Notes under the pieces: model-generated
The model's database searches: none
The model's input: only the letters and a program-made list of their open reading frames with translations
What the model was told of the DNA's origin: nothing
Shown: positions 52,001 through 64,000 of the stretch, one piece after another
How the letters are laid out: the number at the start of each line of letters is the position of its first letter
How positions within the stretch are numbered: position 1 is the first letter of the stretch
From: Catajapyx aquilonaris
Lineage: Eukaryota
Direction: 5' to 3'
DNA: 64,000 bases
NCBI GenBank assembly: GCA_000934665.2
Contig: KZ538006.1
Location: forward strand, 1-64,000
Made by a program: the position numbers and the translations under genes

Positions 52001-55000
52001 ACATCGCACTTTTGATGGGTTTTCGAAGGTGGTGGATGATCCACCCTATCGACTCTGCCTTCCGACAGCAACTGGGTCTGGCCGCAAGAGTTTGTGCTAT
52101 GGGTGGTGGGGGTTCTATGGGGTGCGCCGGTGAGAGCTGCGCAAAAGAGAACCCCCCCCCCTCCCCTCTGGCTTGGCTATATCACCCACCCCCTTCCACA
52201 TCCCATAGCACTTGGATGCCACACCCGCCACCTTGCCTCATGTATAGCCACGTGGGACTATGGGGAAGGACGGTGACCCTATATGCCTCCACCAAAAGTA
52301 CTTCAATTGCTCGTATGGGTCGTACAAACAGACTCCGATTTTTGTGGGGTGACAACTATGGTTATTCAGACGAGTGTCCGGAAATGGACTGGTCCGCAGT
52401 GAGACGATTTTTTTGTGGGGGGCTAATCGGAACTGTAGTGTGCAGTGTGCTGTGATGTCCTTATAATGCTCTAGTAAACAGTGTTTTTTCAAAATGCGTA
52501 CGCCTGCTATTCTTGACACAATAATCGATACAAATCCGGATGAAGCTCTAGCTCGGAGGAGCAAAAAAGTAGATGTCAAAATTGTGTGCTCGGTGTTGCA
52601 ATTAATATAAGTGCGGAATTTGTCAAAAAATGGCCACGGTTTCTTTCTCCAGTTCAAAGCAAAAAATTCAGCCACAGCACACAATACAATATGCTTTCAA
52701 AGAGGCGGAAAAATATTACGAGAGGAAAATAACAGAGGGAGCCGTTCTTTGTTGGATGATGTAGTAAACAAAGCTAAGTATATAAAAAACTGAGAGTATA
52801 GAGAGCAGTCTTATCGGACGGATATGCGTGACTTGCGTTTCCAAAAGTGAATGACGCACTGTGAGGGATGCTAAATTTCCGCAATAACAAGCTGTGTCAT
52901 TCATACTCCACAATTCCAGCAACTGTTCTTTTCAATTCGCGCCTTGGTCCTGTCAACTTTATACTCGGTATAGATAACGAGACCGCTACTTAGAAAAAGT
53001 GTGATACAAGAAGCTTACATGCGGGCTTACAATGCATGCAATTGTACGATAATGCATATCATATGTATGTGTACATTAAACGTGGTGAGTGGTTAACCTC
53101 CCGACTATCTCATGGGGATGACAGGTAAATTGGAAAAATGATGATTGTACGTAGATTAGTGATGCCTGTTTACGTAGCACAACATATCAGGCGATATTGG
53201 TGCCAGCGGTAGCTGAAGTATGAAGGATAGGAGACCATGATTGAAAACAAGTCATGTCAATTACAACGAGTCATGTCAATCGAACATTCTGAATACAACA
53301 AGCCATGGAAAAAAACATTTAATTTTCGGCTACAATGCACGTGACTCCTTTAATCGCTCGAGTTGCTGGAAAATTTGGTAGAAAAGTGCCCGCATCCCAT
53401 GAGCATCAGGAACATAAAGAGCAAAAATCCGATCTTCTTTACCCTAGTAGTTTACTATTACTGATGGGTGTCTTCATTACATGCTGAGAACAAATATATG
53501 GATACCAACTGTAGTACAATAATTTATGCGTGAGTCCCCCTCGACTGAGAGCTCTCCAACGGCATTGGCCCATAGATAGTCAAAACATGAATAAGAAAAT
53601 ATTTATATTCCATGAGGACTACACTGAAGCACTGTGTATGTGCTTCGGAGCATGTGTTAAAATACGCTAATGTTGCCTAGGGGACAAATAATTAAATGGG
53701 TATCCTCGTGTAAAACCAATTTCACGCAAAACCCAATGTTTATCCTGCGTGCTTTCATAATAACTTCCACGTAATATTGCACCTGCGGGGGCTGCTGGGG
53801 CAAATCAACAGGACTTCGTCTCGGCGGATATAGCTATTCCGCATTATTTCCACGTGAAAGGAATTAGGTCCAGCTATATAAAAAAAAGTTGTACAGTTTC
53901 CGAGTCAGTAGATTCTCCGATGTTATCTATACGATTACACGTGTAATAGACCCGCAGAAGGAGGATGAGGAATACCGATGTTACGTAATATCGAAAATGG
54001 ATAAAGAAAATGTGGTACTCCGTATATCCTGAGCGTTTTGTTCGAACTGAACCCTAACGATTTTTTCCCCCGTGGAATCTCCGTAGGATATGTCACATAG
54101 CTTGCTCCCCACTGACATGGCCAATGTCCCCCTTATTCCAATCAGTATTCCCAGCAAGGATGATCAAAGAGCTTAGCTCAACTGGAGCTATAAGTCTGCC
54201 TGAGAAACCTACCAAGTTTCCTCCGGATTGGGAACTAATGCCCCCTAGTCTTTCAGGTGAAACACTAAAAAAAGGCGCTTCTAATGGGCCCCTTGGTAAT
54301 ACCCCGTCTCATTCAAGAAGTTGCTAAGGTTTCAATTATAACTCGCTGCCTTGGGTCCACATCTTAGGAAATTGCATGCTCACGTAAATAAATTCTTATT
54401 ACTCGGCAAGATTACATTTTGAACAAAAATGGATGCTTATTGGTATGATTTTCTTCACAGCAGTTGCCAATCGCCATATTTTTCTCCGTGTGTTTATAGC
54501 ATATGATCCCACCCTTCTGCAAAATCCCCGTCCTAAGGCTATGGGTCCATTCTGGCAGGGATGGTCGTGCCTCCGTAGCGACTGAGGAGCTCAAGCACCG
54601 CCAATCCACACACAGTGGGGCTATAATAACCGGAGAACCCCCGTGTGAATCAAATCCGATCGCATGCCCATTATGAAACCTAACCCTGTGAAAAGATGAA
54701 GAGACCTGCCGGGGTAACGCAACTCCTTTGCTTCTCACCCCCCCCCCCACACACAGAAGGCCCTTCTCTTTCCTCTGCCAGGGATACCGGCCTTCCACCC
54801 TCCAATTGTCTGATTCCATTAGCCTCCTTTGCAAATAATTAGGCCCAACGGGACCTCCCCAGCTGGTAAGAGGCACTGGCTTGGAACTAAACGGGAGGGG
54901 GATATGAGCCAAGGATTGTTGCAGCCCTGAGTTTCTCCTTACTACTATTTGCAACCGCTGGAAGGACACACTGCACTAGAAAGGCTGTTGGCGTATATAT

Positions 55001-56938
55001 TCACGTGATGGGAGTTGGGAAGATGATTGTTTTCTTCTTTTTTTCTTCTTCTTCTTCAAACTCTCTGTACTATGCTTCCACCACTCTGCCTCTACTTCTC
55101 TCTCCAAAAGCGCAGGAAACTTTGTCAATTATTCCTTGAGTGGTCCTATTCATTCCTTTTTTTTTGTATTTGTGCAGCGAGAAAATTTCTTTTCCCGGGG
55201 CTTTGTTTTCAAGACGAGGGTCTTTAACATTCAGTACCACTTTCTAATAATTAAAATTGCGTTTTGGGACGGAGCAGACTTAATCCGGGTAAAATCCGCT
55301 CTACACATGTAACTCCAGTAAGCTGTTACGTTCACATTCGGAGACGGTCGCAGTTTGAAGAAAAAAAACAAAGAGATCCACCAGTCGTCAATTTTAGCAA
55401 AATAACATCTTTCTTACTGTACATACAGTGTGTAAAGCAGAAGGTTTGTTGGTATGTATGTATGTCACGACTACCTAATTAGTTTAATAATTACTGTAAT
55501 GTTTTAAAACCATGTAATGCCCAAATATGCATATATATCCCGTTCAGGTTTATACTATAGAAAATACATGCACTATAGTCCCTGAACACTTCTAACTTGG
55601 TGGAAAGCAGGTGCTGCCAGGCGTCATCTATGCAAGTAGGCAATTGGCAAATTTAGGCGCCAAACGCAATTAAACTCGTAGTAATCCAATGCTTCGTCCG
55701 AATAACTGTGCGCGCTGGCACGAAGCCTAATATTCATGATGAACCGAGTGTATTTGGAAACGCCGTGAGCAACACTAACAAAACATGTACCCGGGCCGGG
55801 ATTAACTTGGGATCCGAGAGAGGCCACAAGAAGAGCTACCTTGGTGAATGGAGCTCAAGGCGTCGGAGATGAGGAAACACGCTTCAGAAACATGGCCGCT
55901 CCTTTTCGCAGAATTTGCTTGCTTCGCAACTGGACCAGTTTTTCGTTGGAAAAAAAAAATGCACAATTCCTTGTGGCAAAAATGGTATTGTGATGTCCGA
56001 GTTCCTCTGGTTTGGTCGAAATTCACGGCTGATCGTGTATAGGTAGTTGTATTCTACGGCTGTAAATCAACCTGACGGGTGTCCACTTGAAATATTAAGT
56101 TACAAGAGGGACAAATGGCTTTGCCGCGTAGTTTGTGGAGTGTTATTTCCTCACGCACGGTTGAAACATTGATCATGCGTCGATGCACCAACAATGCGGC
56201 GCCATGTCTTATTTGTTAGACATACATTGCATGCATGGTCAGTACTTTATGTACATATCACCTGCTGCATTTTCAAAAGAATGGTAGCCATTTTGTGATT
56301 GTCATATGGTCGAGCTTGATACTTGCTCACTTTGCATGTTAGTGTCCATCTCTTTAGTAGGTCGAGTTCGTCCTCCACCTACCCAGAGCACAGTTAAACA
56401 AGAGATCGCTTGGGTCTCATGACACAGCATATGATGAAGTACCTTCTCTGGAGGACAGTGTCATGCTACCTAGCTCACACTATAGTGTTGAATAATGTGT
56501 CCATAGTCGCAAGTTGTACTTGTGTTACACATATACATGATATAGAAGTCCAGTAATTATTCTAAGAAGAATCTCCATTATCGTCGCTTAGCGTGCATTG
56601 ACATCTATAAAATATATAATTATAGCAACTGGTTATACTTCATAAATAAAATCCCGGAAGAACCTGAGAATTTCCATCTCTGGCAGCCCTCATCACGTAT
56701 AATGAGACCCCGGTTTTCCATACTGCCAAACACACTCGAGCAAGCAGTAATGGTCAAGCCCTCTCAGAATGCATTGCGTGTTTGGGCGGGTAGCTTACAG
56801 CACTCAGGTCCACGAAAGCTCGTTACAGGACTTCTTGACAAAGGAAAGAAAAGCGTCCGCGTCCATGTTTATCGCAATGGCCCGGTATGGCTCCATCCAA
56901 TCCTCGCCCAACAAACCCTCTTAACTTTCCCCCCCCCC

Positions 56939-56949
56939 NNNNNNNNNNN
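56939..56949. other. Small assembly gap (11 N) inside a poly-C tract
   Basis: N run between two C runs. Confidence 0.99.
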
Positions 56950-59900
56950 CCCCCCCCCCCCTTTCCCCTTCTCGCTAGCGTCCCCCTGTGTCAATATTAT
57001 CCCGCAGTGAGGTTTCCTCTCTCCTTCATCTAATGGCGGTGGAAGCTAATCTTCTCGCTATAAACGGGCTTAGCTCTGTCCAAACACGTCCCGCCATGAA
57101 GACGCTAACCCGCAATCCCCTCCCCCAACCTCTACCACCCAATAATTTTAAGATAAATATTCTCCGTATGTCAACCTTATGGTGTTTAAGATCTTGGCCT
57201 TATGGGGGGTGGGAGGATACAACACCCCCAAGAGGAGAAGGGAAGGAGGGGGGGTCAAAAGTATTGATTCCCTATGCATTTATAGGGGCTCGAATTTAAT
57301 CATGGTAGGATGAGAGCGATTTTGGAGTGAAACTTTCTTACAACCTCGAAGCCTCCAACTTGTAAGTGCGGGTTAAGTTTTCTTAGCTCGTTGGGTCAGG
57401 AAAAGGAGAGTTGTGGAGAAATCAATAAGTCCCTTCCTTCCCGTTCTTTTGTGTGGTCCTGGGCCTTTTTTCCCTTGAATGAAGGGCGCTGGTTGGTTTA
57501 TTGGCTCAAGGGCCAACGATGATGGAAGCAAACAAGGAAAAACCTGAGGGGCAAAGGAGTGGAACCTCTTCCCCCATCTTTCCAAATGTTGCCACGCACA
57601 CACACACACAACCAAACTCCATGACATTGTCACTCGCCTCTTCCGACTTTCCCCCCCATCCCCTCTTCCATGTTCAGCAGCATTACCTGCAGGTACAGCT
57701 TGTTCCGTTGCAAATATCCTCTTGAAGCTGCAAGCCTTTCAGGTTGGAGAGCGAAATGCACTATAGGTAGCACACTTAGGTTCTCTCCATCAATCCCCCC
57801 CTTCTCCTCCCCATCCTCTCAATCCTTTTCATATATAAAGCTTCAGCTGCTGAATCCCTTTCCGTGTAATCTCTTCCAAAGTGTGCATTATTCCTCGACA
57901 AGGTTACGTGAATGGGCTTCCAATTTTATCCTTGCCAAAATGCATGCCTCGCGGATCTAACACCCACTCCAAGCAGCCTCAATCCTCTCTTCACTTCTCA
58001 AGCTCATTTGGACATTAGAATGCACTTATTGCACTTGGCTTAAATACCACCTACACCGCAGGGCGAGCATATTTTGCACTCCAATTCCCTCGATTTTCGT
58101 GCCTTATTAAATTCCAATAAGGCACATAATTTTGAATAGTAAATAAAATGGTAATGTTTGGTGTAAAAGTAGCTTCTCAGCATCCTCTCTATTCCAGGCT
58201 GCGTGACAGCAGCTCGTCCTTCGCCCCCTGGGAGAAGATCAGGGGATTAAGCCTAAGTCTAGGAAACTCTGGAAGAAGACCTTTTCTCTTAGCTGGAAAT
58301 GCCAAGGAATGGACCACACTTTCTCCAGACTTTAGCCCCCCCTTAAAAAGAGGCGGCAATTTTCCAGGATAGGAAGTAGAGTACACGGTATCTTTGCGTT
58401 TCATTCTTACCCGGAGGCCGAATTCCGGCGGGGGACCATAGTTTATGTCTCCGGATGCGCCCAGACAAGTTTATGCGCACTCACTGCCGGCCTAATGCCT
58501 CTTTTCCTTTAGTTATCCTGTCAAGTATCGGATCACGCACCGCAGGAATTTATTTTTATATCCTGAGGCATGCATGTGTCTCACCTTTGCTGTTGCGCCC
58601 AATCAGGCTGGACTCATCTCGATTCTGTTGTCAAGTTCGTGCTTTAACAATCAGAATAATTAATAGCTTTGCAAATATCTGTCCCCTGTTCATGTACAGT
58701 CGAAATTATTTTTTTACCAAGGCTATACTGCTCACTGCAGCACCCTTTACTAGTGGCTTCATCAGGACTTGGCTAAATATTGAGGGGGGCACGACCCTTC
58801 CCCCACCAAACAGTCACACATTTCACCAACTCCCGTCAACCTAAGCCCGGCGTGTAGCCACCAGTCCAATCAAGCATCATCCCGCCAAATCAAGTGTGAT
58901 GGTGATTGGCCAGCACGCTTCGATTGCCCCGTTGCCACACTTCTCCCCAACCAAGTAATTCAATCCAAGTAAAAAACAGCTTGAATTTATCCAAGTAAGT
59001 CCCAAACTTCCGATTGCGAATTATTTGCAGACATTGGCTCCGGAATTGTCTCTCCTTCCCATCCGTTTATCTCTCCATCTATCTATCCACATTCACTCAG
59101 GGCTGCAACAAGGCCCCAGGCACCCCCCCCCCCCTCCTCTCTCTGCCTGATTGCTCTGTGGACCAACGCACTGCCTTAATCCCTTTGATCGGGGGGCCCT
59201 ACTGACGCTCTATTAGCCATTACAAAGGGCGTGGGTGAAGGTTTGGGCCGGAAAGGGAAGGGTGCGCTTCCCCCCCCCCCCCCTCCCAGTCATATTTGCA
59301 TAGTGTCAACACCAGGCAGTGACCAAGAGGGTAGCCCCCCTCAAAAAAAAGCTAACTGATCCGGCCAGCAAGCCGCATCATCAAATCTGGGGGGGAAGGT
59401 ATATGGTTTTTGTTTCGAGCATTTCCCACTCTATCCGGTCCTGATTAACAGATGGGAAGATTGACACCGCACTTAATGCATGGGAGGTTCAGGAACTGGA
59501 TTTGCGGTGGGAAGGTCCACTCGAACATCCATTCTTTAGGAGAAAATTGGGGCCGAAATGTCGCCGGTTATATTGTACTACACTCTACAGTGCAAGTGCA
59601 AACAATTATTGCATTTTTAAACATCAATATTGTGGGTCTTGTTGCAATTCTGTCTATAAATTTTTATTCCTGTATACTAGACTACTATCAGTCTGGTACA
59701 GGTTTTTATTCGAATCGACAAGTGGCCGAAATTGGACCTCTAGGCGGTCGTCACATTTCCAGTGACATGGATGCTTTATACCGGGGCTCTGAATACACGC
59801 TTCCCAGCATGATCCAGCAGCAGGAAAACGGACGTTAGTCAGTGCGCTTGATGTTAGCCGAAGGGTCATTTCAATATGCATGAGGGCAGAAAACACAATT

Positions 59901-62900
59901 GCGCGGTGGATAGGAAGGGAGGAGAGAGATAGAGAGAGAGAACGACCCTAGCACACCCCCATGCATTTCCCAGTACATAACACTAGCCATCTCCGGCCAA
60001 CTCAGGCTTACCCTTACTTATTTAGGAGATGCCTTTTTGGAGAGAGGGCAGAAAGTCCGTTTTTCCTTAACAGTCTGAACATTCCACTATTTAAAAAAAA
60101 ACGGTCGGATAGATCGTTTAATTACGACAAAGAATGGAGTAATTGAAAGTCCCCGAAATTATGTAAGGAATAGCTTTTAAAGGACGAGTGGTCCAGAGCA
60201 CAGTGACATTCATGCAAATTTCATAACTATGCACTTGCACTGGCGATGTCCAGGATAATTATAACAGGCAGCCGTACAATGCACTACGCTGGGTAGCGAT
60301 TAACAGAGGGCCGCTAATAAAAGGCTGATGCTGTACATAAAGGTCGTTTGGTTACGCTCTCACGCTGTAATTTATGTAGGAGGCCCAGTCCGCATGTCCA
60401 ATTGAGTGAAGCTGTACCGTGAAAGTTCACTATTGCACTTTCGGATTACTGTAGGCCCATTGGTGTGGAAAGTGTACCTACAGTACTCATCTCCGGAGCT
60501 CTAACGATAAGTAAGTGCAGCACAAAGGGGCGTCATGCAGTCCTGTAGACGCCTATAAAATTATCACACCGTATATGATACACTACTTCTATATACGAGC
60601 AGATTGGGGACCACCTATAAAGTACTGGTACGTCACTCTGGCCTCTTTATACCCTCGGGACCCTTTTATCGCGCAGAGCCACACTCTTGTCCTATTCCAT
60701 ATTCCAGCATATGAACCAGTGTATTATACGTATGTAGGATTTGTTAGTAAATGTTCTTCATTATAGTGCTTCTCTACACACAGTCTCTAGACCCTTCTAC
60801 GGCACAACTGCATACGGTCAGATACTCCATATATCTTTTCCAAAGTTTATTTTTTAGCACAAAAATAGGAAGGAAGATGTGTAGGATTGAATAACTTTCC
60901 GACCCAACAATACAGGCCAAATAACACTACTTGACGAATTGACCGGAATATACACGACCGGAATGTAATAGACAAGAATATAAGATAGTAATCGACTTTT
61001 ATTGACGCACACCGAGTGATGTACAGTACCATAAGCTGGAATCAATGCTATACCCCTTGTGCTTATGACATTTTTTTTTGAACGGAAAGTAAGATACAAA
61101 CCACATTTTAGATAAGCATGTAAATAAGTGCGCCTTTCAATTATGGTACTGCTTGTCTGAATTTAATGTAATTTTCGGTACGATGCACCAGACTTTAATT
61201 ATGGCACATAATACTGTAAACATGAAGATAGTGTGCAGTGCACATCACTGTATTTCACGTTGACTATTATGTTATCGCAAGCACTAATTAATTTATATGA
61301 AGTGCGTTCATCAAAAGTCGGTATATTCCATTCCAGATCCAACCTACCATATTTACGTAAACATGACAATGTGATTGTCCTAGGCACTGTACAGTCAACA
61401 TATTCAGCCTTCGTGGATTACAGTGCTTAAATGCAAAGTGCATCTGCGGCGTCATACACTTGAACAATAATCCGTGCAAGTCTACAAATAATATATCAGC
61501 AACATTATACGTAATAAATTCTGCTGTAAATATTCTTACTACATCAAAAAAGGAATGTTTTGTTACGTTTTCCAAACCAGATGTGGCACAATAGTGTAAG
61601 CCAAAGCCTTGATCTGTAGCTCAAAACGTGATTTGGCTTTGTTCCGTTTAATTCCAGCCCGACAGAACAACAAAGTGTCGGAAGTTGGTTGGCAGAAAAG
61701 ATCGTTGACATCGCCCTTGTCCTCATGTCGGCGAGCAATATCCCGAAAGAGCCGCGGCGAGAAGAAAAAAAAAAACCTCAACCTCCTAAAAAGAAAAATG
61801 GCTGTTGATAGGAAAGTTTTGGCGGCGTGGAAAAGACCGCGCGGGGCTAAGGAAATATGGCGAAACTTGGCCCAAAAGTAAATTATGGAAGAAGCGCTAT
61901 ATTTCACCCTGAGAGAATTATTAGCGCCAGGAGGGTATCTTGGTCTCCTTTTGACTGATATGGAGCAGCGTCAATCATGTGCCAGGGACTAGTTTTTGGA
62001 TAGGGGGGGATACTCGAGCAAGGGGTGGGTAAAAGTGAGGAAGGGGGGCATAAAATTGATCTCTTCCTCCCTTGTCTTGGTAAGTCAAATGAGGCCCCCG
62101 AGGGCTTTAAGTTTTCCGGAAGCCATAGCCGACATCTGCCAGTCGCATATTTGCTCGCTATCTGGAGAAAAGCGGGCAGGTCGTGACGTCATGAATGATA
62201 ATGTCGGTACTTTTTTGCTGTAAAAAGCTGGGTCTGGCATTATCCATTCGGTTACATCTGACTAAGAAAATGTGTCACACAGCGATAACGTGTACTATAG
62301 TTTATCTCTGCCACCCTCAGTTTCCGGGTAGCCAACCTATCACACACCCACACACATAGCTTGCGGGGCCAGGAAATGCTTACTACAAACCCCTTCATTT
62401 TATCCACAACCTCTACCGATCTCTGGGATTGTTATGGCCGGGACATTCCCATAAATGAACTGCCATCGGGAATCATTTGATGGAGGATTATTTGCAGAAG
62501 TGGCTCCAGGCTGGATCTGACTTTGCAGTTGCGCAGCGGTACTATGTACAGAACCCCAGGCACAGAAAATTTAATATTAATTTTTTGCCACCTCGCAGAT
62601 TGTACATGTTGCATTAAGTCCATCATTGTTCGCATGCATATTAAGCTGGCTTACTCTCACAGACTATATTTACGACTACAAGCACCACCATGCCCGTGTA
62701 CGCCAACGGTATAGTTTTTCCCAAGATAGTTAACAACAGCGGACCTAGTCTATAAAGTTAGTGGTATAAAAATAAATCTCAGTGGTCATGTCGCGAGCAA
62801 ACCTACACCGTAGCCAGCTCTCCTAATCTGTAGTCCCCCCCTAGCAGTGCCGGTCCCAAAATATGCAAGTTTCCTCTCCAGAATCTCCAACACTATTTTA

Positions 62901-64000
62901 ACCCCTACCACCATCTCTCTTGCAGCCACTGGCCCTTGTACAACTGCAGAGAGCACAAGGATGTAAAAAAAAGGAATCCGTACCAAGCATGCCCGGTGAA
63001 CAAGAAGGTAACTTTCTCCTGCAATTAAACTGAGTCCACATCATCTGCCTACAAAAGCCAGGGAACAATAGGGGCTGGAGCAAGAGGAGCCCTGGCATAA
63101 CTCCATCTCTTCTGCTGACCAGATGAAGCGGAAAGGCAGCCTTGCTCAAGTTTCCAGACCAACTCTTCCTACTCTTGCATTGTGCTTGTCATAATGGGGG
63201 GGAAAGAGGGTGGGGGAGCATTAACTAAGTGGATCCTGGACCCCCCTGCTCATCTATCCACGTCTCCATAGTGCTCCTTCTCTACTGAAAAAGACCATTC
63301 CTCCCCATCCCCAGGCTTTCTTTGATTCCCTTTTCTTCTTCTGGAAAATGGCTCCTCTCGTGTGGATCGGCTCATTAGTTCCCTATCACACATTTTCGGA
63401 CTCATTGTTATGTGATCGGAGCGGAGTCAGCTTCATCGCGTGGAAATTGATCCCACTTGTCAAGTACTCTGAAAAGGAACTTGCTGCGAGGGAGAATTTT
63501 CCCCAGGAATATAATGAGAGTATGTAAGAGACACGCCAGGGCGGCATAATTACATCTGAGTAATGTCTGAGTCTGACCGCTCCTGCGCTCCTGTTTCTGA
63601 TGTCTAATTCTGTGTCGGACAACCATTTCGCCAAAAGTAACGGCCCCATATTCGCTGTGTGCGTCAGGTAAAAGGGAACCTTGAAGCTGCTTGGTTCTCC
63701 ACCACAACAGAAACTGGCAGGTTAAAAAATTTACATTTGCTAACTTTAACCTCGTTTTCACTGTCAGGGGATAAAATTACGACCCGTGCAGTTTAACACC
63801 TACGTCTTTTGTAACATTGTGCGAGCGTGTGGTTCTATTTTTGAAATAAATTTTCAGAGGCTTTTATGAATTCAAAACAAAAACAACGTGAGATGCTGAC
63901 ATACAAATGTGACACTTGTTTACTAAAATTGTCACCCACGCTTAAATATTTTTGATCCCCATACCTTGTGGCAGCCCAGTTAATTTCATTTATTATTATT

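Noticed and set aside
53082..53132. A-box-like GTGGTGAGTGGTTAAC suggesting a tRNA relic
   Set aside because: No B box or cloverleaf follows.
57605..57626. Partial antisense match to miR-281 (aactccatgaca)
   Set aside because: Only ~12 nt match, with no 3' identity or precursor hairpin.

Overview
Eukaryotic (animal, probably arthropod-like invertebrate) genomic DNA from a draft assembly, with N gaps located at G/C homopolymers. It is not prokaryotic: I saw no operons, rRNA, intact tRNA or CRISPR arrays. The window is almost entirely non-coding. The only convincing coding sequence is one minus-strand exon (21084->20565). It encodes the N-terminus of a type II single-pass membrane protein: a Pro/His/polyGln tail, a Cys-rich juxtamembrane segment, a basic WRRTWCR motif and a ~25-aa hydrophobic helix, ending at a phase-1 GTACGT donor. 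Positions 1-20564 look like a >20 kb intron of this gene, and ~21.7-64 kb looks like a gene-poor upstream region. Upstream of the exon are two uORFs and a symmetric promoter-like module: three CCAAT boxes ~32 bp apart, bracketed by a 14-bp inverted repeat, plus a palindromic CRE. Repeats include a near-perfect fold-back MITE with a CTG target-site duplication (964-1123), a tRNA-derived/SINE-like head (41340-41399), a diverged local duplication (34.2-35.5 kb) and microsatellites. I found no evidence for a novel multi-gene system. The best leads are the 5' regulatory architecture of the membrane-protein gene, the MITE and two orphan promoter-like clusters.
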